This document shows, piece by piece, positions 36,932 through 46,781 of a stretch of 64,000 nucleotides of DNA; positions within the stretch are counted from its first letter, which is position 1, and each line of letters starts with the position of its first letter. Below the pieces are notes generated by a model. The model was given only the letters and a program-made list of their open reading frames with translations. It was not told the DNA's origin and made no database searches. This DNA comes from an uncultured Planctomycetia bacterium. GTDB lineage: Bacteria; Omnitrophota; Gorgyraeia; Tantalellales; Tantalellaceae. Location of the stretch: NCBI GenBank assembly GCA_964572255.1, contig CAZNEE010000001.1:395587-459586 (forward strand), written 5' to 3'. The translations under genes were made by a program, and so were the position numbers.

Positions 36932-38008
36932 ATGGGAAGAGTTGACAAATTAATGCTTTTGGTGGTTTTTCTGATCACGATCCTTGGAGTTGTGTTCATT
37001 TACAGCGCGACCTGGGACAGGGATAATAGCGGTATAACTCTTAATAAATTCGTGATGAAGCAGTGTTTGTTCGTTGTGATCGGGTTCATTCTTCTTTTTA
37101 TCATAATGAACGCGGATTACATGAAAATGCTGGATTTCGCGTATCTTGCATACGCGATAAACCTGGCCGCGCTTCTTTTTCTTTTGATCTTCGGCGGTGA
37201 GCGTTTCGGCGCAAAGAGATGGATAAGTTTAGGTCCTTTCTCCCTCCAGCCTTCGGAATTCGTAAAGATAACCGTTATATTCGCGCTCGCCATATTTTTG
37301 GGAGATAGGAGAGAAAAAATAGGGACGGTTAAAAATTACTTTTACTCCATCGGCATTGTTTTGCCTGCTTTTATCCTGATCTTCCTCCAGCCGGATCTCG
37401 GGACGGCCTTTGTTCTTATCCCTATTCTTCTTGCTGTTCTTTTTATTTGCGGCGAAAGAGTGAAGTATATGGCTTTTACTGTTTTAGCGGGGCTTGCAAG
37501 CATGCCGATCTTCTGGAGTTTCCTTAAGAGTTATCAGAAGAACCGTCTCTTGGTATTTTTGAACCCGAATATAGATCCTTTGGGAGCGGGGTATACCATC
37601 ATACAGTCCAAAATAGCGATCGGGTCGGGAGGCATTCTCGGAAAAGGCTGGCTTGCCGGAACCCAGAGCCATCTTAAATTTTTGCCTGAACGGCATACAG
37701 ATTTTATTTTTTCGGTTATAGGGGAAGAATGGGGGTTCGTCGGCGGAGTGATACTGATCCTTCTTTATACGTTCGTGATAATGCGCGGGATAAGGATCAT
37801 AAACAACACCGATGATATCTACGGAAGGGCCATTGCAACGGGCATAGTCACTTTATTGGCTTTTCAGGTCCTTGTTAATATAGCGATGACCATAGGGCTC
37901 ATGCCGGTCGTGGGTCTGCCTTTACCGGCGATAAGCTACGGCGGTTCAAATACCGTGACATTTCTCATAGCCATGGGATTTCTTTTAAATGTGGGGCGAA
38001 GAGCGTAA
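36932..38008 (+). CDS. rodA: SEDS-family peptidoglycan polymerase RodA (MrdB)
   Basis: FtsW/RodA family protein, paralogous to the ORF at 13024. It follows mrdA. Confidence 0.85.
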   Translation: MGRVDKLMLLVVFLITILGVVFIYSATWDRDNSGITLNKFVMKQCLFVVIGFILLFIIMNADYMKMLDFAYLAYAINLAALLFLLIFGGERFGAKRWISLGPFSLQPSEFVKITVIFALAIFLGDRREKIGTVKNYFYSIGIVLPAFILIFLQPDLGTAFVLIPILLAVLFICGERVKYMAFTVLAGLASMPIFWSFLKSYQKNRLLVFLNPNIDPLGAGYTIIQSKIAIGSGGILGKGWLAGTQSHLKFLPERHTDFIFSVIGEEWGFVGGVILILLYTFVIMRGIRIINNTDDIYGRAIATGIVTLLAFQVLVNIAMTIGLMPVVGLPLPAISYGGSNTVTFLIAMGFLLNVGRRA

Positions 38009-38013
38009 AGATA

Positions 38014-39756
38014 ATGAATAAATTGCATGACATCCTGAGCAGGGTCCAAAAGCCCGCGAGATATATCGGCGGAGAAATAAACTCATCCGGCAAGACTTTT
38101 TCTGAAGAGAAAGTCACGTTTGCGCTGGCATATCCGGATCTCTATGAGATAGGCATGAGCTATCTGGGCCTGAAGATCATATATCATCTTCTTAATGAGA
38201 TGGATGATTGCGTTTGTGAACGTGTTTTTGCCCTATGGGAAGATATGGAAAATGAGCTCCTCTCATCAAGAATGAAACTTTTTTCCCTTGGATCAAAGAC
38301 TGAAATAAACAAATTCGATATTTTGGGTTTTTCTCTTTCTTACGAACTTACCTTTACCGGGGCATTGAACATGCTGCATCTTTCGGGGATAACTTTAAGA
38401 GCGGAAGACCGGAAGGAAGACGAACCGTTTGTTATTGCCGGAGGCGCGTGCTGTTACAATCCCGAACCGATGGCCGAATTTATCGATCTCTTTATCGTCG
38501 GTGACGCGGAAGAGATCATGCCCCGATTTATCCGGGAGTACAAGGTGCTGAAGAAGAAAAAAATGGCGAGAAAAAAGAAATTAAAAATTCTTTCGCGCCT
38601 TCCGGGAGTATATGTGCCTTCGCTGTATGAGGCGGAATATCTTGATGATGATTTCCTCAGACTTGCTCCGAAAGATGAAGATGCGCCTTTGAAAGTAAAA
38701 AAAGTTTATGTGGAGGATCTTGATAAAACATATTATCCCGAGAGGCAGATAGTACCGTTCATCAATATTGTCCACGATAGGATCGCCGTCGAGATAATGA
38801 GGGGCTGCCCCAACAGTTGCCGCTTCTGCCAGGCAAGCGCTGTTAACCGGCCTGTAAGGCTGAGGAGCCGGGAAACAATAAAAAATATTTGCGAGAATAC
38901 TTACCGTCACACAGGATATGAGCAGATATCGCTTCTGTCCCTCTCCAGCGTTAATTATCCTCATCTTGAAGGCCTTGTAAGGGATCTTACGGAGATCTTC
39001 AAGGAAAAAGGCGTGGGGCTTTCCATCCCGTCGCTCAGGGTCGATGAGTCTTTTTACAGACTGCCGGAGATGATCTCGACGATCCGTAAAGCCGGGCTTA
39101 CTTTTGCTCCGGAAAGCGCTGATGAGGTGATCAGAAATTCAATAGGAAAAAATATCGACAATGAGATCTTGTGCAAGTCTGCCAGGCTGGCTTTTGAGCA
39201 TGGGTGGAGGAAACTTAAACTTTATTTCATGGTGGGTTTTCCGCTTGATGAGAAAGATGAAGCCGAAAAAATACTTATATTAGCCAAGAAACTTTCGAAC
39301 ATGAAGAGAGATGTGTCGAAAGGTTCAGCCGAAATAAATTTAAGCGTTAACCCCTTTGTCCCGAAGCCGCATACGCCTTTCCAGTGGCTGGGGATGCAGC
39401 CGAGAGAAGTCCTCAAGAGAAAAAAAAGAATGTTGCTGGAAGGCGCGGGAAAGAAGATAAAAATGGCTTTTCATGATATAGACAGGTCGATATTGGAAGG
39501 CTGTCTTTCACGGGGTGACAGGAGATTATCAAAAGTGATATACGCTGCGTGGAAGAAGGGAGCAAGATTGGAAGGCTGGAATGAGTTCTTTAAATTTTCT
39601 GTTTGGGAAGAGTCTTTCAAAGAGAACGATCTTAACATTGACGAGATTTCCACACGCTCATTTTCTCCTAATGATCCATTGCCTTGGGGACATATAGATA
39701 CCGGATCAAATGGAAGATATCTTGAAAAAGAGTTTGAAAAAAGCGGACTTCAATAG
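38014..39756 (+). CDS. Radical SAM protein, TIGR03960-like (B12-binding-like N-domain); usual partner of DUF2344 and RNase G/E
   Basis: CPNSCRFCQA is the CxxxCxxC iron-sulfur cluster motif. The N-terminal LAYPDLYEIGMSYLGLKIIYHLLNE is characteristic of this family. 580 aa. Confidence 0.7.
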   Translation: MNKLHDILSRVQKPARYIGGEINSSGKTFSEEKVTFALAYPDLYEIGMSYLGLKIIYHLLNEMDDCVCERVFALWEDMENELLSSRMKLFSLGSKTEINKFDILGFSLSYELTFTGALNMLHLSGITLRAEDRKEDEPFVIAGGACCYNPEPMAEFIDLFIVGDAEEIMPRFIREYKVLKKKKMARKKKLKILSRLPGVYVPSLYEAEYLDDDFLRLAPKDEDAPLKVKKVYVEDLDKTYYPERQIVPFINIVHDRIAVEIMRGCPNSCRFCQASAVNRPVRLRSRETIKNICENTYRHTGYEQISLLSLSSVNYPHLEGLVRDLTEIFKEKGVGLSIPSLRVDESFYRLPEMISTIRKAGLTFAPESADEVIRNSIGKNIDNEILCKSARLAFEHGWRKLKLYFMVGFPLDEKDEAEKILILAKKLSNMKRDVSKGSAEINLSVNPFVPKPHTPFQWLGMQPREVLKRKKRMLLEGAGKKIKMAFHDIDRSILEGCLSRGDRRLSKVIYAAWKKGARLEGWNEFFKFSVWEESFKENDLNIDEISTRSFSPNDPLPWGHIDTGSNGRYLEKEFEKSGLQ

Positions 39757-39807
39757 GGGAGAAAAGATATTTTCTTAAGCATATCTAACTTTACTTTAAA
39801 CTTTATG

Positions 39808-39836
39808 TTGACTTCAGGCCGGTTATTGTGTATTAT
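39808..39836 (+). promoter_or_regulatory. Strong sigma70 promoter upstream of pilT (TTGACT, 17-nt spacer, TATTAT)
   Basis: TTGACT at 39808-13 and TATTAT at 39831-36, about 55 bp upstream of the pilT ATG. Confidence 0.55.
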
Positions 39837-39890
39837 ATCCATAAGGGTAGTTATCCATAATAAGCACCTATTGACTTAATGGAGGGGGTC

Positions 39891-40958
39891 ATGACAGACA
39901 ATGTCCAAAAACTTTTCGTGGAGATGAAGGATAAGAACGCTTCAGATATCCACATAACCGCAAATTCACCCATACATTTCAGGATTGATGAAGAGCTTGT
40001 AAAGGTGAATGACAATATCTTAACACCCGATGAAACCAAGACCATTGCTTACAGTCTTATGAGCGATTTCCAGAAGAAAAAATTTGAAGAAGAGAAGGAG
40101 CTGGACTTTTCATTTTCACTGGAAGATATGGGACGTTTCAGGGTAAATATTTTTATGCAGAGATTTTGCGTAGGTTGTGCTATACGAAGAATACCGCCTG
40201 AGATAATGAGTATCGAGGAATGTGGTTTGCCGATCGACGTGGTTAAAGGTTTTTGTCATACCCCTAAAGGTCTGGTCCTCGTAACGGGCGCAACAGGAAG
40301 CGGCAAATCGACCACTCTCGCGGCCATGGTCGATGAGATAAACAAGACCCGCAAGTGTCACATCGTAACGGTGGAAGATCCGATAGAATTCGTCCACCAG
40401 AACAAGCAGGCCGTAGTTGACCAGAGAGAAGTGTTTTCCGACACGTTTTCGTTTAACAACGCTCTCAGGAATGTTCTAAGACAAGACCCTGATGTTATTC
40501 TGATAGGCGAACTTCGCGACCTGGAAACGATCCAGCAGGCAATGATCATTGCCGATACCGGACACCTCGTTCTAGGTACATTACACACATCAGACAGCGT
40601 GCAGACCATAAACCGTATAATTGACGTTTTTCCGTCACACCAGCAAAGGCAGATCAGGGTCCAGCTTTCTTTCGTTCTGACGGGGCTGATTTCCCAGCAG
40701 CTCATACAGTATAAAGACGGGTCGGGCATGGAGCTTGCGACAGAGATACTTGTCGCGACACCGGCGATAAGAAGCATGATCCGGGAAGATAAGGTGCACC
40801 AGATATATTCCATCATGCAGACTTCTCAGAATCTCGGAATGAGAACGATGAACCAGGCTCTCTTTGAGTTATACTCAGCCGGCAAAATATCCTACGATAG
40901 CGCGATATCGAAATCAGGAGATGTGGAAGAATTGCTTAAAATGATAGAAAAAATATAA
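39891..40958 (+). CDS. pilT: Type IV pilus retraction ATPase PilT
   Basis: Walker A LVTGATGSGKSTT, PilT-type Asp/His boxes. About 355 aa with no long N-terminal domain. GGAGGGGG RBS. Confidence 0.85.
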   Translation: MTDNVQKLFVEMKDKNASDIHITANSPIHFRIDEELVKVNDNILTPDETKTIAYSLMSDFQKKKFEEEKELDFSFSLEDMGRFRVNIFMQRFCVGCAIRRIPPEIMSIEECGLPIDVVKGFCHTPKGLVLVTGATGSGKSTTLAAMVDEINKTRKCHIVTVEDPIEFVHQNKQAVVDQREVFSDTFSFNNALRNVLRQDPDVILIGELRDLETIQQAMIIADTGHLVLGTLHTSDSVQTINRIIDVFPSHQQRQIRVQLSFVLTGLISQQLIQYKDGSGMELATEILVATPAIRSMIREDKVHQIYSIMQTSQNLGMRTMNQALFELYSAGKISYDSAISKSGDVEELLKMIEKI

Positions 40959-40971
40959 AAAGGAGATAAAC

Positions 40972-41421
40972 GTGATACTGAAAAGACAATTGGATGAAAG
41001 GCTCGGGGAAATACTTATCCGCAACGGCAATATTTCTGATGAGCAGCTGGGCAAGGCGCTGGATCTCCAGAAACGCGAAGGCGGGCTTCTGGGCGAAGTC
41101 CTTTCGAAGCTTGGTTATGTAAAGGAACTGGAGATCGTTCAGGCGCTTACCGCGCAATACGGGTTTCCGTACATTCCGCTGGAAAATTATGAATTGAACA
41201 AAAAGTGCGCGGAAATAGTTTCCGAAGATCTTGCCAGGCAGCATAATCTTGTTCCGCTTGATGTGATCGGGGGCCTGTTGACGGTCGCGATGTCTAATCC
41301 GCTGAACAAAAAGTCGATCGAGGAGACAGAGTCGCTTACGGGAAAAAAGATCCAGATCTTCATATCCACTGCTTCATCGATAAATGATTCTATCAATGAA
41401 CTCTATAGGAAAGAAGAATAA
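40972..41421 (+). CDS. Standalone MshEN (c-di-GMP-binding) plus GspE-N1 domain protein, with no ATPase domain
   Basis: Two canonical 24-aa MshEN motifs are separated by a 5-aa spacer: RLGEILIRNGNISDEQLGKALDLQ, then KREGG, then LLGEVLSKLGYVKELEIVQALTAQ. A T2SSE_N-like fold follows. GTG start with an AAAAGGAG RBS. Confidence 0.65.
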   Translation: MILKRQLDERLGEILIRNGNISDEQLGKALDLQKREGGLLGEVLSKLGYVKELEIVQALTAQYGFPYIPLENYELNKKCAEIVSEDLARQHNLVPLDVIGGLLTVAMSNPLNKKSIEETESLTGKKIQIFISTASSINDSINELYRKEE

Positions 41422-43139
41422 TGACAGACTCATTGCCGGGCAAAATATGTGATTTTCTTATAAAGAACAACCTTGTCACGGAAGAGGACCTTAACAAGTC
41501 CCGCGAGATATGCAAGGAGCAGGGCGGGAGTCTGGGCGATGTCCTGGTGAAGATGAACGCTCTTTCAAGGGAAGATCTTCTGACCGCGATGAGCGAAGGT
41601 CTGGGTTTTGCCCCGCTTGATCTGTCACGTTTCAATATTGACGAGGGAGTCATCAAACTTATCCCGCAAAAGATCTGTCAACGCCATCAGGTGCTTCCCG
41701 TCTCCAGGATCGGGAATATCCTTACTGTCGCTATGGTCGATCCGATGAATATATCGGCTCTTGATGACATAAAAGCTATCACCAAGATGGAAGTGGTGCA
41801 GGTGGTAGTCGATCAGGACAACATGCGGGAAGCTATCAGCAAATATTTCGAAAGATCCGCGAATGAAGAGATAAGCGAGATCATGGGCGATATAAGGACC
41901 TCGCAGATGGAGATGGTTACCGAATCGGATGAGGATGTCAGCTCCAGCGAACTTTTGCGCAGCGCTGAAGAAGCTCCGGTCGTAAAACTTACCAATCTCA
42001 TATTAAGCCGTGCGGTAAAAGACGGAGCCAGCGATATACTTATTGAGCCGATGGATAAGACCGCAAGAGTAAGGTATCGCATAGACGGCGTGCTCAGGGA
42101 AAATATGGAACCCCCAAAAAAACTTCACAGAGCCATAGTATCCCGCCTTAAGGTCATGTCGAATCTCAATATTGCGGAAAGAAGGCTGCCTCAGGACGGA
42201 CGCTTTAAAATACGGATAGAGAACAGGCGCGTGGATTTCAGGGTTTCCGTGATACCGTCCAGCATGGGGGAGAAGATCGCTTTACGTATTCTTGATAAAG
42301 CTCAGGCGACGCTGGATGTTGACAAGCTTGGGTTCAGCGAAGACGGAAAAAAGAAGCTCATCAGAGCTTCCTCAAAGCCACACGGAATGATCTTGGTGTG
42401 CGGTCCCACAGGCTGCGGTAAAACGACCACACTTTATTCGATAATGAATTACATAGATTCTCCCGAGCTGAATCTGGTTACGGTAGAAGATCCCGTAGAA
42501 TATGAACTGAAAGGCGTGAACCAGGTTTCCGTAAAGGAGGATATGGGCCTGACCTTCGCCGCCTGTTTGCGTTCTATTCTTAGGCAGGACCCGGATATTA
42601 TTTTGGTAGGAGAGATAAGAGATCTGGAGACCGTTGACACAGCTATCAAATCCGCGTTAACGGGGCACCTTGTACTCAGCACTTTACACACGAATACCGC
42701 CAGCGGTTCTATTGTAAGGCTTGTTAATATGGGAGTGGAGCCGTTTTTGATATCTTCATCGGTCGAGCTTGTCGCGGCACAGGCGCTTTTAAGAAGATTA
42801 TGTCCGGATTGCAAGGAAGCATATACGCCCGCAAAGGAGATCGCCGACAGGTATAAACTTTTTGATGAGAGCGGGGGAATTGCGAAAATTTATAAGCCGA
42901 AAGGCTGTAAGAACTGCGGTGATACCGGATATCAGGGCCGCGAAGGCATAATTGAATGCTTGGAGTTGACGCCCACTATCAAAGAACTTATTTTCCGGAG
43001 AGCCGAGGAACTCGAAATTGAAAGAACCGCGAAAAAAGAGGGCATGTCCACGTTAAGGCAGAACGGCATCGCAAAAGTACTTAAAGGCATTACATCGCTC
43101 GAAGAAGTATTAAGGGTCACGATGGAAGACAGAGGGTAA
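41421..43139 (+). CDS. pilB: Type IV pilus assembly ATPase PilB/GspE paralog 1
   Basis: Walker A LVCGPTGCGKTTT and a C-terminal tetracysteine (CPDC...CKNCGDTG). The N-terminal MshEN-like motifs are degenerate. Confidence 0.85.
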   Translation: MTDSLPGKICDFLIKNNLVTEEDLNKSREICKEQGGSLGDVLVKMNALSREDLLTAMSEGLGFAPLDLSRFNIDEGVIKLIPQKICQRHQVLPVSRIGNILTVAMVDPMNISALDDIKAITKMEVVQVVVDQDNMREAISKYFERSANEEISEIMGDIRTSQMEMVTESDEDVSSSELLRSAEEAPVVKLTNLILSRAVKDGASDILIEPMDKTARVRYRIDGVLRENMEPPKKLHRAIVSRLKVMSNLNIAERRLPQDGRFKIRIENRRVDFRVSVIPSSMGEKIALRILDKAQATLDVDKLGFSEDGKKKLIRASSKPHGMILVCGPTGCGKTTTLYSIMNYIDSPELNLVTVEDPVEYELKGVNQVSVKEDMGLTFAACLRSILRQDPDIILVGEIRDLETVDTAIKSALTGHLVLSTLHTNTASGSIVRLVNMGVEPFLISSSVELVAAQALLRRLCPDCKEAYTPAKEIADRYKLFDESGGIAKIYKPKGCKNCGDTGYQGREGIIECLELTPTIKELIFRRAEELEIERTAKKEGMSTLRQNGIAKVLKGITSLEEVLRVTMEDRG

Positions 43140-43162
43140 TTTAAAAAATAAAGGCAAAAAAG

Positions 43163-44872
43163 ATGAGTACATCTATAAGAAGCAGGATATTGAAGGCGAT
43201 CGAAAAGAGCGAATTTGTAGACAAGAATCGCTATCAGAATTTCCTGAACAAGAGCAAGGGAGGGAAGGAAGAGGATATCCTTAGGAGCCTTGTTGAGGAG
43301 GATGTTATTTCCGCGCAGAACCTGCTTACGGTATTGAGCGAAGAATTGGGCCTTCCCGCGATAGATGTATCTAAGATAGAACTTGATGATTCTGCGATGA
43401 GGACGATACCGGAACGCCTCGTGAGAAAATACAAAATTATACCCCTTTCACGCATCGGAAATTCACTCACTCTTGTCGTGTCAGATCCGACCGATGTCAT
43501 GGCTATCGACGATGTGCGCACCATAACAGGGTGCGAGATCAGTTTAGTTATTGCCGATCAGGCTGATCTGGAGAAAAAATTACTTTCGTATTACGAAGGC
43601 GAAGAGGATGATATTACCGACATCATTGACGAGGAAGCCGAAAGCGATGATATCGAGGTTTTGGGAAGATCGGAAAATCTTGATGTAGCGGATATTACCA
43701 AGAAAAGCAAGCAGGCGCCGATAGTCAAGATGGTGAACCTTATAATAAGCGAGGCCTTGAAGAACAGGGCAAGTGATATACACGTCGAGCCTCAGGAAAA
43801 ATCGGTAAGGATAAGGAACAGGATAGACGGCGCGCTTCAGGAAGCTTTTGATCTTCCGAAGAAGAACCAGAACGCGGTCATAGCGAGACTTAAGATCATG
43901 TCAAATCTTGACATAACGGAGAACCGGGTGCCTCAGGACGGCAGGTTCAGGATAAACATGGACGGAAGGGATATAGATTTTCGTGTATCGATCCTTCCCT
44001 GCAGGTTCGGCAATAAGATCGTTTTAAGAGCGTTGGATAAGAGCGGCCTTTCTTTCGGGCTGGAAACTTTGGGATTCCTTCCTGATACAATGAATGATTT
44101 CAAGCAGGCTCTTTCCAAACCGTTCGGGATCATACTTGTGACAGGGCCTACCGGAAGCGGGAAATCAACGACTCTTTATTCTGTCCTTAACGAAATGAAT
44201 GTGCCGGAGAGAAATATTGTTACCATTGAAGATCCCGTCGAGTATCAGGTGCAGGGCATAACCCAGATACCGGCTCGCCCGGACATAGGGCTCAATTTCG
44301 CGAGCGGCTTAAGATCGGTTTTGCGCCAGAGCCCCGATGTCATAATGGTCGGAGAGATCAGGGATTATGAGACGGCGGATATAGCGATCAAAGCTTCGCT
44401 TACGGGTCACATGGTCCTCAGCACTTTACATACCAACGACGCTGTGGGAGCGATCACGCGTTTGGTCAACATGGGAGTGGAGCCTTTTCTCATCGCTTCA
44501 AGTCTTGTTATGGCATGCGCCCAGAGGCTTCTCCGCAAGATCTGTCCGCATTGCAAAGTTAAAGCGGATCTTCCAAAAGAAGTATTAAGTGGTCTGAGAG
44601 AGAAGTATCCTGATATAATGGAACAGACAGATACGTTTTACAAAGGCAAGGGGTGCCAGAAATGCAACGATACCGGTTATCTGGGGCGTTTCGCGACTTT
44701 AGAAACAGTGCTGGTCGATGAGAAGATAAATGGAATGATCAACCGGAAAAAGTCTGAAGAAGAGATCAAAAAATACCTCAGATCAAAAGGTGTCAGGACG
44801 CTTCGTGAAAACGCGCTGATAAAATTCTGTAAAGGCTGGACGACTTACGAAGAGGTTTTAAGGGTAACTTAA
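43163..44872 (+). CDS. pilB: Type IV pilus assembly ATPase PilB/GspE paralog 2
   Basis: Walker A LVTGPTGSGKSTT and a tetracysteine (CPHC...CQKCNDTG). The N-terminal GspE_N domain lacks the RLG motif. Confidence 0.85.
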   Translation: MSTSIRSRILKAIEKSEFVDKNRYQNFLNKSKGGKEEDILRSLVEEDVISAQNLLTVLSEELGLPAIDVSKIELDDSAMRTIPERLVRKYKIIPLSRIGNSLTLVVSDPTDVMAIDDVRTITGCEISLVIADQADLEKKLLSYYEGEEDDITDIIDEEAESDDIEVLGRSENLDVADITKKSKQAPIVKMVNLIISEALKNRASDIHVEPQEKSVRIRNRIDGALQEAFDLPKKNQNAVIARLKIMSNLDITENRVPQDGRFRINMDGRDIDFRVSILPCRFGNKIVLRALDKSGLSFGLETLGFLPDTMNDFKQALSKPFGIILVTGPTGSGKSTTLYSVLNEMNVPERNIVTIEDPVEYQVQGITQIPARPDIGLNFASGLRSVLRQSPDVIMVGEIRDYETADIAIKASLTGHMVLSTLHTNDAVGAITRLVNMGVEPFLIASSLVMACAQRLLRKICPHCKVKADLPKEVLSGLREKYPDIMEQTDTFYKGKGCQKCNDTGYLGRFATLETVLVDEKINGMINRKKSEEEIKKYLRSKGVRTLRENALIKFCKGWTTYEEVLRVT

Positions 44873-44923
44873 TTCGTTTTCTTTAGATTTAACCAATCAT
44901 ACATATATAACGGGGGTCGGGGA

Positions 44924-46144
44924 ATGGCGAAATTCACATATATCGCAAAGAACAAAGAGGGCGCTACGGTAAAGGGCGAACTTGACGCGCCGGAGAAAGG
45001 TCAGGCGCTTGATATTCTGCGGGGCAAAGGGTTTTTGATCCTCAAACTTGAGCAGCTGCGGGAACTCTCCAATATTTTTTCCTCTTTTAAATTCAGAAAA
45101 GGCAAAAAAGTCTCCCTTGATGATCTTGTGGTTTTTTCAAGGCAATTGGCGACATTGATCGAATCAGGCATACCTGTTGTAAGTTCGCTGGATATACTTT
45201 CCGAACAGGCGGATAATGAGACCTTGAAGAGCGTTTTAATAGATGTAAGAGATTCGGTTAATACGGGATCCAGCCTTTCGGATGCGCTGCTTAAACATTC
45301 GGCTCTCTTTTCGTCCCTGTTCGTGAACATGGTAAGGGCCGGCGAATCCAGCGGTTCGCTGGACGTGGTTCTTGACAGGATCGCGACTTATCAGGAAAAA
45401 AAGAGCGCTTTGCAGAAAAAGATCAAGTCAGCTCTTATTTATCCTATGGTTGTTTCCGGCATGGCCGTTGCGATCACGCTCATTATGCTCTTGAAGGTAA
45501 TACCTGTTTTTAAGGATATTTTTTCAGGTTTCGGCGCTAAACTTCCCACGCCTACACAGCTTTTGATCAACCTCAGCGATTTTCTGATAAACAATTTTGT
45601 ACTGCTGATAATATTTTTTATCGTTCTTGGCATAGCTGTCAAAAAGTATGTAGATACGCCAAAAGGAAGGGCATTGATCGACAGGTACAAACTGCGGCTT
45701 CCTATCGTCGGTTCCTTAGCGACAAAAGTCGCCATAAGTAAATTCACCCGCACATTAAGCACTTTACTGAATAGCGGTGTGCCGATATTGACGGCTCTTG
45801 AGATCGTGGCCAAGACTTCGGGCAACGTTATTGTAGAACGGTCCGTTGACAATGTCAAAGAAAGCGTAAGAGAAGGAGAGAGCGTGGCAACCCCCATGGA
45901 AAGAAGCGGGATTTTTCCCCGCATGGTAACAAGAATGGTATCAGTCGGCGAAAAGACAGGGGAACTGGAGAAGATGCTCGCGAAAATATCGGATTTTTAT
46001 GATGAACAGGTTGACACGTCGGTGGAAGGCCTGACAAGTTTGATAGAACCTCTTGTTATCGCGTTTCTTGGTATTGTTATCGGAGGCATAGTTATCTGTA
46101 TGTTCCTCCCGATATTCAAGATATCGACCATAATCAATTTTTAG
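44924..46144 (+). CDS. pilC: Type IV pilus inner-membrane platform protein PilC (GspF family)
   Basis: 406 aa with two GspF repeats and three TMs. It follows the pilB genes. Confidence 0.85.
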   Translation: MAKFTYIAKNKEGATVKGELDAPEKGQALDILRGKGFLILKLEQLRELSNIFSSFKFRKGKKVSLDDLVVFSRQLATLIESGIPVVSSLDILSEQADNETLKSVLIDVRDSVNTGSSLSDALLKHSALFSSLFVNMVRAGESSGSLDVVLDRIATYQEKKSALQKKIKSALIYPMVVSGMAVAITLIMLLKVIPVFKDIFSGFGAKLPTPTQLLINLSDFLINNFVLLIIFFIVLGIAVKKYVDTPKGRALIDRYKLRLPIVGSLATKVAISKFTRTLSTLLNSGVPILTALEIVAKTSGNVIVERSVDNVKESVREGESVATPMERSGIFPRMVTRMVSVGEKTGELEKMLAKISDFYDEQVDTSVEGLTSLIEPLVIAFLGIVIGGIVICMFLPIFKISTIINF

Positions 46145-46293
46145 GGCTTAACTTTTGTACGGCTAACCGGTAAAAATTTCTTCCTATCGGTTTGCTTTTC
46201 TCAGTTTCAAAATGTAAACTAAAATCGAGGGTAGGTATATCTGGAAACAAATAAAACTTTTAAAAAGAGTCATAGAAAGGAGGTGAGGATAAA

Positions 46294-46641
46294 ATGATCA
46301 GAATGCGCAAATTACTAGGAAAGGGTGGTTTTACGCTTGTTGAAATTATGATTGTTGTCGCAATTATAGGTTTATTAGCCGCAGTGGCCATCCCGAACTT
46401 CATGCGTGCAAGACAAAGAGCGCAGACAAACGCTTGTATCGCGAATCTGAAACAGATGGACGGCGCGAAGACATTGTGGGCGCTGGATACAGGTGCTGCC
46501 AGCGGTGCTGCAGTGACCATGGCAAACCTTGTTACTGCGTACATAAAATCAACACCGTCTTGTCCCGCAAACGGTACTTACACGATCGGTGCAATAGGGA
46601 CTACTCCTACATGCACTGTTTCAGGCCACGCGCTGCCGTAA
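46294..46641 (+). CDS. pilA: Type IV pilin (prepilin-type N-terminal cleavage/methylation domain), tandem copy 1
   Basis: GKGG then FTLVEIMIVVAIIGLLAAVAIPNF is the class III signal. A C-terminal Cys pair (disulfide-loop region) is present. 115 aa. It has its own strong terminator. Confidence 0.8.
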   Translation: MIRMRKLLGKGGFTLVEIMIVVAIIGLLAAVAIPNFMRARQRAQTNACIANLKQMDGAKTLWALDTGAASGAAVTMANLVTAYIKSTPSCPANGTYTIGAIGTTPTCTVSGHALP

Positions 46642-46677
46642 TTACGGTAACGGTTTCAGCGGGCGCAAAATGTTTAT

Positions 46678-46714
46678 AAAAGGAGGCGATTCTTATCGCC
46701 TCCTTTTATATTTT
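46678..46714 (+). terminator. Rho-independent terminator after pilin 1
   Basis: GGAGGCGAT-TCTT-ATCGCCTCC forms a 9-bp stem, followed by TTTTATATTTT. Confidence 0.7.
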
Positions 46715-46781
46715 ATAACTTATGAAACTTTAGTAGGATTTGCCTTTTGCGCATATGATGGTATACTTAAGGCAAAAATTT

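Noticed and set aside
40358-40816. 152-aa minus-strand ORF inside pilT, and similar antisense ORFs inside pilB and pilC (42449-42814, 45439-45924)
   Set aside because: These are shadow ORFs opposite conserved ATPase and platform genes.
46145-46293. Possible sigma54 (-24 GG / -12 GC) promoter upstream of pilA1
   Set aside because: No GG-N10-GC arrangement could be found. Only a mediocre sigma70-like TTGCTT-N17-TAAACT is present.
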